Positions 38,045-46,197 of a stretch of DNA of 64,000 nt are shown here, in pieces. This DNA comes from an uncultured Dehalococcoidia bacterium. GTDB taxonomy: Bacteria; Chloroflexota; Dehalococcoidia; UBA2247; RBG-13-53-26. The position numbers were made by a program, and so were the translations under genes. A model generated the notes under the pieces. It ran no database searches and was not told the origin of the DNA. It saw only the letters and a list, made by a program, of their open reading frames with translations. The stretch is taken from NCBI GenBank assembly GCA_964423835.1, contig CAYRGJ010000002.1, positions 104,608-168,607 on the forward strand, given 5' to 3'. The stretch's first letter is position 1, and every line of letters begins with the position of its first letter.

Positions 38045-39034
38045 ATGATTGTCATCACAGGCGCAACAGGACACCTGGGAAACGTGCTCGTACGTGAGCT
38101 TCTTTCCCGCAGAGAGACCGTGAAGGTGGTCATACCGCCCGGCGAAGACACCACTTCCCTGGACGGGCTGGCCGTGGAGAAGGTGACCGGCAACGTCCGG
38201 GACATGGACTCGCTGCTCCGGGCGTTTGCCGGGGCCGAGTACGTGTACCACCTGGCCGGAGTCCTCTTCACCTCGCCCCGCAAGACCAGGCGGTTCTACG
38301 AGATTAACCTGGAGGGGACGCGCAACGTGGCGGAGGCCTGTTTGAAGTGCGGGGTCAAGAGGATGGTCCACACCAGCTCCATACAGGCGCTGGCAGAGCC
38401 TCCCAAGGGAATGGTTATCGACGAGAGCAGCCCCTTCGATCCGGCCAGGGTCGTCGGTGACTATGCCAAGTCGAAGGCCAGGGCCAGCCTCGAAGTGCTG
38501 TCAGCGGTCAAGAGGGGCCTGGACGCCGTCATCCTCTGCCCCACGGGGGCCATAGGCCCATACGACTATAAGCCCTCCAAGATGGGGCAGTGGTTCCTGG
38601 ACGTGGCCACGGACAAGTTCGACGGCAGGGTCTACACCATCAACGGCATCTATGACTTCGTCGACGTCCGGGACATCGCGGCGGCCCAGATTGCCGCGGT
38701 GCAGAAGGGGAGAAGGGGCGAGACCTACATCCTTTCCGGCCAGCCCATCGACCAGCTGAAGCAGTCGCAGATCATCCAGGAGGCTTCGGGGGCCAGCGGC
38801 CGCCTGTATGGCATCCACGTCTGGCAGCTCAAGACGATAGCGGCCACGGCCTGGGCCTACAACTGGGTCCGCAACACCGTGCCGGGCGTGACCCTGGACG
38901 AAGCCCGCATCGTGGCCAGCAACTCCACCATCAGCCACGAGAAGGCCGCCCGGGAGCTGGGGTTCCAGCCGCGGCCCATGAGGGACACCATGTTCGACGC
39001 CATAGCCTGGTTCCGGCAGAACGGCAAGCTCTAA
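38045..39034 (+). CDS. NAD-dependent epimerase/dehydratase (dihydroflavonol-reductase/HpnA-like)
   Basis: MIVITGATGHLGNVL.., YAKSK catalytic motif. Confidence 0.85.
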   Translation: MIVITGATGHLGNVLVRELLSRRETVKVVIPPGEDTTSLDGLAVEKVTGNVRDMDSLLRAFAGAEYVYHLAGVLFTSPRKTRRFYEINLEGTRNVAEACLKCGVKRMVHTSSIQALAEPPKGMVIDESSPFDPARVVGDYAKSKARASLEVLSAVKRGLDAVILCPTGAIGPYDYKPSKMGQWFLDVATDKFDGRVYTINGIYDFVDVRDIAAAQIAAVQKGRRGETYILSGQPIDQLKQSQIIQEASGASGRLYGIHVWQLKTIAATAWAYNWVRNTVPGVTLDEARIVASNSTISHEKAARELGFQPRPMRDTMFDAIAWFRQNGKL

Positions 39035-39053
39035 CGGGGGCCGCAGCGGGATA

Positions 39054-39401
39054 TCACTCGTAGGCCACGGGCACCGCGCAGATCATGACCAGGGGGCTGC
39101 CCGTGGAGCTGCGGTACTGGTGCTTCTCTTCGGGCATGATGAGGACGAAGTCCCCTTTCTTGATCTGGCGCTCTTCTCCGCTGGCGGTCACCACGGTGCC
39201 GCTGCCCTCGATGACGTAGTTGATGTGCTCGTTGGGGTGGGTGTGGAAGGGGGTGTGGCCGCCGGGATCGAAGGTGAACACGCGGAAGCTGAACAGCGGG
39301 GAGCCATCGCGCTTCGAGATGGGCACCTGCTTGCGGATGCCGGAGGCTCCCTCCATCCGCACCGCCTCCCCGGGAGTATCATTCAGCGACGTTATCTTCA
39401 T
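39054..39401 (-). CDS. cupin domain protein
   Basis: GGHTPFHTHPNEHINYVIEGSG...GDFVLIMPEEKH. Confidence 0.85.
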   Translation of the reverse strand: MKITSLNDTPGEAVRMEGASGIRKQVPISKRDGSPLFSFRVFTFDPGGHTPFHTHPNEHINYVIEGSGTVVTASGEERQIKKGDFVLIMPEEKHQYRSSTGSPLVMICAVPVAYE

Positions 39402-39615
39402 GGCGTGAAGCTCCTCTCCGGCCGAATCGCTTCTTGGCCGCGCTCGTAGGGAAGAGGCGCGCGTAGTTCCTCTGCTGCCACTTCAGGAACCTGTCGATGC
39501 ATTCCTGGCAGATGTCCACGGCGCGACCCTCATCCAGCTCAAGGCGGTTGAAAGCGGGGTCGTAGCGGCGGATCGGCTTTCGGCACAAGGCGCAGCTGGC
39601 TTCGCTTCCCATCAC
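39379..39615 (-). CDS. small CxxC...CxxC zinc-ribbon-like protein
   Basis: SCALCRK ... ICQECIDRF. Overlaps the cupin gene start by 23 nt, suggesting coupled translation. Confidence 0.45.
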   Translation of the reverse strand: MMGSEASCALCRKPIRRYDPAFNRLELDEGRAVDICQECIDRFLKWQQRNYARLFPTSAAKKRFGRRGASRHEDNVAE

Positions 39616-39782
39616 GTCGCACCCGGATCAGTCTACCACCTTTCTCCCGGGAGGAGTAAGGGCTGGCAGGACTGGCTGACTGGCCAGTCTGTGGCCGGGA
39701 TGATAGAATATCGGATGTCAGAACAAGAGCCCGGGGCCGACGGCACGGGTCCGGCCCGCGGGGCCTCAAAGGGGGGGGCAGA

Positions 39783-39956
39783 ATGGGCAGAATCATGATC
39801 AAGTGCCCCAATACGGGAAAGCTGGTCTTCACCGGCGTCCTCAGCGCCAAGAGCATGTTCGAGAAATCGACCATCAAGGAGACCAAGCTGCCCAGGTGCT
39901 CCGCTTGCGGTAAGGACCACACCTGGAGCAAAGAACAGGCTGTCCTGCAGGAATAG
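39783..39956 (+). CDS. 57-aa zinc-ribbon-like protein (below the ORF-track cutoff)
   Basis: Manual translation: MGRIMIKCPNTGKLVFTGVLSAKSMFEKSTIKETKLPRCSACGKDHTWSKEQAVLQE. G-rich RBS upstream. Confidence 0.45.
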   Translation: MGRIMIKCPNTGKLVFTGVLSAKSMFEKSTIKETKLPRCSACGKDHTWSKEQAVLQE

Positions 39957-40099
39957 CAGGCCCACTAGGGGTCTCCCACCGCGATAATACGTACAGGTCA
40001 GCGCCAGTCTCCGTAGTTCACCCGATAGCCGCCGGCGCCATCTCGTGCCATGATTGTGTCGTTGGCAATGGACGGCGGGACAATCGAAGGAGGGTTGAA

Positions 40100-40288
40100 A
40101 TGACAACCTGGAACGCAACTAGGACGACCGGTTATCGTGTGAATCTGGAGGACGTCAAGAACGTCTGGTATGCGTTTGTGAGCTGGGTGGCGAACGCCAG
40201 GGCCAATTACAGGAACGCCAGGCTCGAGAGGTGGAACAGCGAGCGCCGGGCCATGCTTGAGTCACGTGGCATGTCCTCGTACAAGTAA
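40100..40288 (+). CDS. hypothetical small protein (62 aa)
   Basis: Strong RBS GAAGGAGGG 5 nt upstream of the ATG. Confidence 0.45.
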   Translation: MTTWNATRTTGYRVNLEDVKNVWYAFVSWVANARANYRNARLERWNSERRAMLESRGMSSYK

Positions 40289-40353
40289 CGCTGCGCTGAT
40301 TCTTCGCTGAGATCGTGTTCGCCCTGTACCGGTCTGGTCCGGTACGGGGCGTT

Positions 40354-40734
40354 CTAGTTCTTCTGAGGCCTGTCGTCCTCCGCCACCAGCCACTCCTTGC
40401 CCGCCTCGACGGTGTCGACGAACCCCATCTTCTTGCTGCCGAAGAGTTGCACCACGGCCTTCTGCAACCCGGTCAGGCCCACTACGGCATTGGGCTTGTC
40501 CTTGATGCCTACGGCCTTTGTGGCGTCGACCGTCTCCCTGGCCTTGTCAATCACGGCCTTCGTCATCTTGACGTGAGTCACATCGGCCAGCACCAGGACG
40601 CCCTTGCCTTCCAGGAGCAGGGCCTGCTTCATTTCCTCGAAGGCCTTCACGCATTCCGCCTCGCTCAGCCCGGCACAGTTGATGTAGAGTATCCGCTTCC
40701 CCTTGTGTGTTATGAACTGCGTGTGTTCTCCCAT
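40354..40734 (-). CDS. SpoIIAA/STAS-like (DUF3478-type) small protein, paralog 1
   Basis: HKGKRILYINCAG..., VLVLADVT..., AVVGLTG..., VEAGKEWL. Shares a pattern with four other ORFs in the window. Confidence 0.7.
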   Translation of the reverse strand: MGEHTQFITHKGKRILYINCAGLSEAECVKAFEEMKQALLLEGKGVLVLADVTHVKMTKAVIDKARETVDATKAVGIKDKPNAVVGLTGLQKAVVQLFGSKKMGFVDTVEAGKEWLVAEDDRPQKN

Positions 40735-40880
40735 CAGTTCCCCCCCTTGATTATCTGAATTGACGGTTACCTGGAACCATTCCTTCGCGATATTATATCA
40801 GCCCGCGCAAGACCACGGGGCACAAGGGGTGAGCGAGGAGGGCGGCATTGCCGCCCGGGCGGAGATGAAGTAAGGGCTTC

Positions 40881-41258
40881 TCAAGGAGACGGGCGCTTCA
40901 CCAGCCATTCCAGCGCTTCTGTCTGGGTCTTGAACGTCTTCAGATTGCGGCCGGTGAACTTCTCATACGATTCCAGGAGGATTAGCTTTATGCCGCTGAC
41001 CCCAAGGGCGCCTGCCCTCTCCACCTTGGCGTCGAAGAGCTCCCTGCCCAGCTGCTTCACCCGGCTCATCCAGGCGCGGTTGGCGGCGGCCCCCTCGAAG
41101 TTGTAGAGGATCAGCACCTTGCCCGGCGAGGCTGCGACCTTCTTGGCCACCAGCTCCAGGACATCCATGCCCGGTTGGCCCTGGAGATCGCTGAAGTCCG
41201 CGTAGAGCACTCTCTGGCCCTGGTGCTCGATCCACCTGACTCTGCCGTCTACGCTCAT
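40881..41258 (-). CDS. SpoIIAA/STAS-like small protein, paralog 2 (most divergent)
   Basis: HQGQRVLYADFSD.., VLILYNFEG.., GALGVSG.., TEALEWL. ATG at 41258 preceded by GGAGGGAGGG. Confidence 0.7.
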   Translation of the reverse strand: MSVDGRVRWIEHQGQRVLYADFSDLQGQPGMDVLELVAKKVAASPGKVLILYNFEGAAANRAWMSRVKQLGRELFDAKVERAGALGVSGIKLILLESYEKFTGRNLKTFKTQTEALEWLVKRPSP

Positions 41259-41353
41259 GGCCCTCCCTCCGGCCCAATGGGACTGCGAGCAAGAGTATAC
41301 AACCACCGGGCAACAGGGACCTGGTGAGAGTCAAGGTGGAAAATACGCCAGGC

Positions 41354-41725
41354 CTAGGCCTTCCCGGCCCGCAGCTGCTCTTCTTTGACCCGGAACCTGA
41401 CGATCTTCTTCACCAGATCGTACGGGATCGGCCGGTCCAGCGGGAACTGGATGGAGCCCTTGGCTCCCTTGTAATCCGCCAGCTCCTTCCGGAAGGCCAT
41501 GGTGCCCGACGGCGTCGGATAGAAACCGATGTGGTCTTTCCAGGCGCCGAAATGCACCAGGTTGCGGCCCTTGAGCCGGAATGTCGGCATCTGGTAACTG
41601 ATGACCTCCGTGGCCCCGGGGGCCGATTCCCGAATCACCTCTCTGATCCGGCGCAGGATCGCCCGGATCTCATGCGGGAAGCGGTCTATGTACTCATCCA
41701 TCGTCCGGTATTCGGTCTTTTCCAT
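41354..41725 (-). CDS. DUF1801 (YdhG-like) domain protein
   Basis: MDEYIDRFPHEIRAILRRIREVIRESAPGATEVISYQMPTF..HFGAWKDHIGFYP. Confidence 0.8.
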   Translation of the reverse strand: MEKTEYRTMDEYIDRFPHEIRAILRRIREVIRESAPGATEVISYQMPTFRLKGRNLVHFGAWKDHIGFYPTPSGTMAFRKELADYKGAKGSIQFPLDRPIPYDLVKKIVRFRVKEEQLRAGKA

Positions 41726-41824
41726 CCTGCGGGTCCTCCTGTGACCCTATGTTCCGGCTCTGGCCGGAGGGAGGGCATTGTTGGCTGTACGTATTGGCCC
41801 ATCGTGGGCAGTACTTAGAGGCGG

Positions 41825-42406
41825 CTATGCCTTCCACTGGCCGAAGTACTTGCAGGCCTTGCCGCCGTCCATGACGCACTCCTGCTCCTCGAGTCCGAGG
41901 ACCTCGGCCTTGGTCATCTCACCCACGCCCCAGATGTATCCCCGCATCATGTGGCAGAACTCCTTGCAGGGGAACGGGTAGTTGACGATGTACACGTTGA
42001 CGCCGTTCTTGCCTACCGGCTCGACCTTGACGGTCCCGTGGGAATGGACCAGCCCCCAGATGCGGGGGCTCTGGGTCAGCATGAACTTGATATCGAACAG
42101 GCTTATCAGCGATTTGTAGTACTTGCTTATCATGTCTTTGGCCAGGAAACGGCCCATCTCAAAGAAGTACTCCCCCGGCTTGCGGGAGCCGGGGGTAGCC
42201 GCCAGGGCCTTGCCGGCCCCGACCAGGAGATCATGATAGATCCGCTCCGGGACCCGGTCTGAAGGCAGCAGGCCCCGTCGGGCAGCGAGGTCTTTGTTGT
42301 CGATGGTGGCCAGAATGGCCTGGAGCACAGGCTCGCCGAGGGTCTTCCCGATGAATGCCATGGTCGAATTGACCAGTGTGACCTTGACCCTGGGTTCATC
42401 CGCCAA
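41825..42406 (-). CDS. V4R-like (4-vinyl-reductase-type small-molecule-binding) domain protein
   Basis: C-terminal PCKEFCHMMRGYIWGVG...EEQECVMDGGKACKYF matches the V4R Cys pattern. TTG start preceded by GGGAGGTGG. Confidence 0.55.
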   Translation of the reverse strand: MADEPRVKVTLVNSTMAFIGKTLGEPVLQAILATIDNKDLAARRGLLPSDRVPERIYHDLLVGAGKALAATPGSRKPGEYFFEMGRFLAKDMISKYYKSLISLFDIKFMLTQSPRIWGLVHSHGTVKVEPVGKNGVNVYIVNYPFPCKEFCHMMRGYIWGVGEMTKAEVLGLEEQECVMDGGKACKYFGQWKA

Positions 42407-42864
42407 CTGCCACCTCCCTTCTGCGCCGGACAGAGATCAGGGCCGGGAGCGGCGGGCCCTCCGCGGTGTCCGGGATATCCGGCCCATCACTGGCCCGAAT
42501 CATAAGTTCAGGCGCAGGGGATGTCAACACTCAGGCTTCGGCCGGTGGAGGCAACGCGTGTATCTGGACGACCTGAAGGGCTGAGGCGGTGAGCACGGGC
42601 AAACGTAGAGGAACCCCTTCGGACAGCGAAGGTACCCAAAAGAAGGATTCGGGGGCATCTTAGTCCGGACCCGCAGACCTATCAGTTACCTCATCATCAG
42701 CCGCCTCCGCACTCCCCCCGTTCCCAACCTGCGTTGAGCCTTTCAGGGCAATGCATCTCCCGAGACGCCGACGCTTCGATATCTCTAGCTATCCCCGAGT
42801 CTAACTACGCTCCCGAATCCTCTCTTGCGACCTCTCCCAGACTGCCTTGGCCTGGGTCTCTGCA

Positions 42865-43275
42865 CTATTTGTCGCCGGGCCCCCCGCCCAACCCTTTGCT
42901 GTGAGGATTTTGAGAGGCCGCCACCAGCCATTCCCTGGCCTCGTCCACTGTGGATGCGTAGTGGGCGTTCAGGTGTATGGCTGTCGCATGGACCTGCGCC
43001 GCCGATTTCTGCAGCGAGGTCATCCCCACAAAAGCCACCCGGGTGCCGGGGATGCTCTTCAGTGTTCCGGCAACGTCCCTGGCCTTGTTGAGTATCGCCA
43101 GCGACATCTGGGTGTTCCGGGCATCGATCAGGACCAGGACACCGCCCGTTTCCTTCAGCAGCGCCTGTTTCAAATCGTCCCAGACCGCCAGGCTGGATTC
43201 CTCGTCCCGGTTGGCGAAGTCCGCCACCAGTATCTCCCGGCCCTTGTGGACGGTCCGCTGCACGTTCTTCCTCAT
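42865..43275 (-). CDS. SpoIIAA/STAS-like small protein, paralog 3
   Basis: HKGREILVADFAN.., VLVLIDARN.., VAFVGMTS.., VDEAREWL. ATG at 43275; the track ORF to 43674 is an unsupported extension. Confidence 0.7.
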   Translation of the reverse strand: MRKNVQRTVHKGREILVADFANRDEESSLAVWDDLKQALLKETGGVLVLIDARNTQMSLAILNKARDVAGTLKSIPGTRVAFVGMTSLQKSAAQVHATAIHLNAHYASTVDEAREWLVAASQNPHSKGLGGGPGDK

Positions 43276-43506
43276 TCCGACCAGAATTATATCAGGCCAC
43301 ACAACCCCAACCGCAGGCGATCGAAGGCCGGTTCGGCAGTCACCGCTCCAGGGGCATATTGAGCCGGCTGGTATACTGTTCGCCAGTGGACATCGCCGGT
43401 TCCTCTTAAGCATGGGCATGCGGGCCCACTTCTGCTCCTCCCTGGAGGAGGGCCAGGACTGGCTGGTGAAGGAAGATGACAGATAGGTAATCAGAGGGAG
43501 AGGGAT

Positions 43507-44001
43507 ATGCTGCTGTTTCTTTCGCCGGAATGGTTGGATGCCGTAGGCCGGAACTACACCGCCAACCCCAATAACCGGAACAAGATCTTCAAGGGCCTGG
43601 ATCTGGTTCTGACGTTCCGGGTTGAAGCTGACCCTAAGTTCGCCCTGGACCAGGACCTCTACCACTGCATCCACTGGATCGACGGGGTCCGTCAGCCCGA
43701 CAGCGGTCTCCTCAGCCGGGAAAACGCCGAGAAGAAGTCCGACTTCATCCTGGCGGCCGGACCGGCCACATGGAAAAGAGTGATCAAGAAGGAAGCCGGA
43801 TTCGTGTCGGCCGTAATGACGGGAAAGATCAAGGTCCAGAAAGGCTCTGGAGCCGACATCATGACGCTGGCATCAAAGAGCCCGGTGCTGGCTGACACCT
43901 TCAACGAGGTGGACACGGAATGGCCGGACGAGATGTCGCCACAGCGGCTGCGGGAGTACCAGGCGACGGTGGCGCAGTTCAGGCAGAGGTTGAGAGTCTA
44001 G
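43507..44001 (+). CDS. SCP2 sterol/lipid-binding domain protein
   Basis: FLSPEWLDAV.., FILAAGPATWKRVIKKEAGFVSAVMTGKIKVQKGSGADIM. Confidence 0.75.
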   Translation: MLLFLSPEWLDAVGRNYTANPNNRNKIFKGLDLVLTFRVEADPKFALDQDLYHCIHWIDGVRQPDSGLLSRENAEKKSDFILAAGPATWKRVIKKEAGFVSAVMTGKIKVQKGSGADIMTLASKSPVLADTFNEVDTEWPDEMSPQRLREYQATVAQFRQRLRV

Positions 44002-44013
44002 AAGAGCTGGCGC

Positions 44014-44925
44014 GTGAAGAGATCGACCAGGAATATCGCCAGGATACACGGATGGCGCCTGGACCGCACCGTCCACAACTACATCTACTTCGCCTACTAT
44101 CACCTCTACGTCTCCGCCCTCATCAAGAGCTCCCGCGCCCTTTCCAGGGCCGGGCTGAAGCCAGTGCTGCGCTACTCCCTGGCGTTCCTTTTCGAGCGGT
44201 ACCACTCCAAGGTGTTGGGTCCGGAAGACGTGCGGAAGATCATCACCCTGAAGGAAGACGTGGTGTTCGGGCCCGATGAGAGCAAGCGCATCATCCCTTT
44301 CGACCACGCCAACAAGCTCATCCTGAAGGAGCCGGGCTTCATAGCAGTCATGGATTGCCCCTGCCGCCTGGCCCGCGGGAGGACCTGCCAGGCCCCGGGG
44401 GTATGCATGGCGGTGGGCCGGACGTACGCCGAGTTCTGGCTGGAGCACTGTGACAAGTACCACGTCCGGAAGGTAGATCAGGCTGAGGCGCTGGTCATCA
44501 TCAGGGAGGCCCGCGAACGAGGCTGCATCACCACGGCCTGGTTCAAGGTGGCCACCGGCGGCACTACAGGGGTGATTTGCTCGTGCTGCTCCTGCTGCTG
44601 TGTGGCCATGGAAGGAATGCATCTGGGGAAGATGTTCGACCAGGGCCTCTCGAACATCATTCCCTCGGGATACGCCGTGGTTCTCGACCGCGACAAATGC
44701 ACTTCGTGCCGGCAGTGCAGCCGGGTGTGCATGTTCAAGGCCATCACCTTCGATGAGGATGACTTGTTCACCTACGGCAGCGCTGCCTGCATGGGCTGCG
44801 GCCTGTGCACGGAGGCCTGCGGGCCGGGAGCCCTGAGCCTGGTGCGGAACAGGGCGAATAGCGACCCCCTGGACGTTGATGAGCTCCGGGAGAAGCTCGG
44901 CCATGAGGCCGGCCACGGCGGATAA
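44014..44925 (+). CDS. Cys-rich 4Fe-4S dicluster protein (paralog of 28947-30116)
   Basis: MDCPCRLARGRTC, ICSCCSCCCVA, CTSCRQCSRVC and CMGCGLCTEAC. GTG start 12 nt after the SCP2 stop codon. Confidence 0.7.
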   Translation: MKRSTRNIARIHGWRLDRTVHNYIYFAYYHLYVSALIKSSRALSRAGLKPVLRYSLAFLFERYHSKVLGPEDVRKIITLKEDVVFGPDESKRIIPFDHANKLILKEPGFIAVMDCPCRLARGRTCQAPGVCMAVGRTYAEFWLEHCDKYHVRKVDQAEALVIIREARERGCITTAWFKVATGGTTGVICSCCSCCCVAMEGMHLGKMFDQGLSNIIPSGYAVVLDRDKCTSCRQCSRVCMFKAITFDEDDLFTYGSAACMGCGLCTEACGPGALSLVRNRANSDPLDVDELREKLGHEAGHGG

Positions 44926-45040
44926 CGAGATCGCCCCGGAGGGCCAATTCGCCCGGTCCCGGCTGTTGCGCCCGCTGGTATACTATCGCCGGAGATAATC
45001 CTGGGCAGACTTCGCGGAACGAACCCGAGGAGGTGCCGGT

Positions 45041-45415
45041 GTGAAATACGCGCGGCAGATAACCTACAAGGGACGGCGCATCTGGTTTCTGGATGCGGCC
45101 AACAGGAATGAGCAAGAGGTGCCGGCGGCCTTCGAAGAGGCCAGACAGGTGCTGGTCAAGGAGAGGGAAGGCGGCCTGTTCCTGATTGATGGCCGGAATA
45201 TGCCCGTGTCAATGGCGATACTGAACAAGGCCAAAGAGGCGGCGGAAATGGCGAAAGATGACCCGCGCTATCGCGTGGCCTTCGTGGGGCTGGCCGGCAT
45301 GACCAAGTCAATGGCGGAGATCCATGCCAAGACCAGGCGTGTGAACGCGCGTTTCTTCAACACGGTTGAAGAGGCTGAAGAGTGGCTGATCCAGGAGGCC
45401 GACAAGCCTCAATAA
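45041..45415 (+). CDS. SpoIIAA/STAS-like small protein, paralog 4
   Basis: YKGRRIWFLDAAN.., LFLIDGRN.., VAFVGLAG.., VEEAEEWL. GTG start preceded by GAGGAGGTG. Confidence 0.7.
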   Translation: MKYARQITYKGRRIWFLDAANRNEQEVPAAFEEARQVLVKEREGGLFLIDGRNMPVSMAILNKAKEAAEMAKDDPRYRVAFVGLAGMTKSMAEIHAKTRRVNARFFNTVEEAEEWLIQEADKPQ

Positions 45416-45615
45416 GGCTTGTGGCAAACGCGTGTCTCGAGGCTCACATGGAGGAAAGATGGCGGAGAAGAAGACCAAGGGCGTATGTGCCTTCTGCGGC
45501 AGACCAATCTATCTAAGTCGTTATGATGAGGAGACCCACCGGGGAACGGTGGCTTCACTACGCGGCCCCTGATGGCAAGCAGGCCGGCCATATCGCCAAG
45601 CTGAAGCAGAGCTAG

Positions 45616-45705
45616 GACCTGACCCGCAAGGGCAGGCAGATCTGGATCATGGACGCTGCCATGCCGCTCTCACCCGCAGTATTGAAGAAGATGGGGCTGG
45701 CGCCT
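45616..45705 (+). pseudogene. decayed fragment of a sixth STAS-like paralog
   Basis: DLTRKGRQIWIMDAA (45616-45660) matches the family N-terminal motif. It is preceded by an in-frame TAG (45613-15) and followed directly by MPLSPAVLKKMG, which resembles the mid-protein NMPVSMAILNKAK segment. About 35 codons appear to have been deleted. Confidence 0.3.
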
Positions 45706-45742
45706 TTGCCTGTCTTCCGCTCGGCATCGATCAGGGCGTTGG

Positions 45743-46123
45743 TTAGCGCTTCTGAAGCTTGTCAGCCTCTTTCACCAGCCACTCCTTGGCATCTTCAGGC
45801 TTATCGAAGAAACCGGCGTGCACGCGCCTGGTAGTGGCGTAGACCTGGGCTGTTGACTGGGAGATACCGGAAAGCCCTATGAACGCCACGCAGAAGCGAG
45901 GATCGCCCTTCACCAAGTCGGCAACCTCCACCGCCTTCTTCACCGTCGCCGGGGTCATCGCCGCGTTGGTGCAATCGACCAGGGCCAGCAATCCGTCCCG
46001 TTCCCTGGCCAACACCTGTTTGGCATCCTCCCAGGCCTCAAGGCACGCCCTTTCGTCTTTGTTGGCTGCATCCATGATCCAGATCGGCTTGCCTTTGTAG
46101 GTTGTCAGCTGGCCGTGTTTCAC
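45743..46123 (-). CDS. SpoIIAA/STAS-like small protein, paralog 5
   Basis: YKGKPIWIMDAAN.., LLALVDCTN.., VAFIGLSG.., PEDAKEWL. GTG at 46123 preceded by GAGGAGGG. Confidence 0.7.
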   Translation of the reverse strand: MKHGQLTTYKGKPIWIMDAANKDERACLEAWEDAKQVLARERDGLLALVDCTNAAMTPATVKKAVEVADLVKGDPRFCVAFIGLSGISQSTAQVYATTRRVHAGFFDKPEDAKEWLVKEADKLQKR

Positions 46124-46197
46124 GTGTGCCCTCCTCGAACCTGCCGAGTATCCCGCCGGCATTATACCAGCCGGCGCAATATCAGTCAGGAGAGAGG

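Noticed and set aside
42407-42864. Possible riboswitch (c-di-GMP-I-like GGCAAAC string) or sRNA in the 458-bp spacer upstream of the V4R-like gene.
   Set aside because: There is only a short chance match. I found no convincing helices, promoter or terminator by eye. It is noted as non-coding spacer only.
43276-43674. Upstream 133-aa extension of the STAS-like paralog 3 ORF (track ORF 42865-43674).
   Set aside because: All paralogs are ~125 aa and begin at the hKGxxI motif. The extension has no family similarity, and its distal end (43507-43674) lies on the strand opposite the SCP2 gene that starts at 43507.
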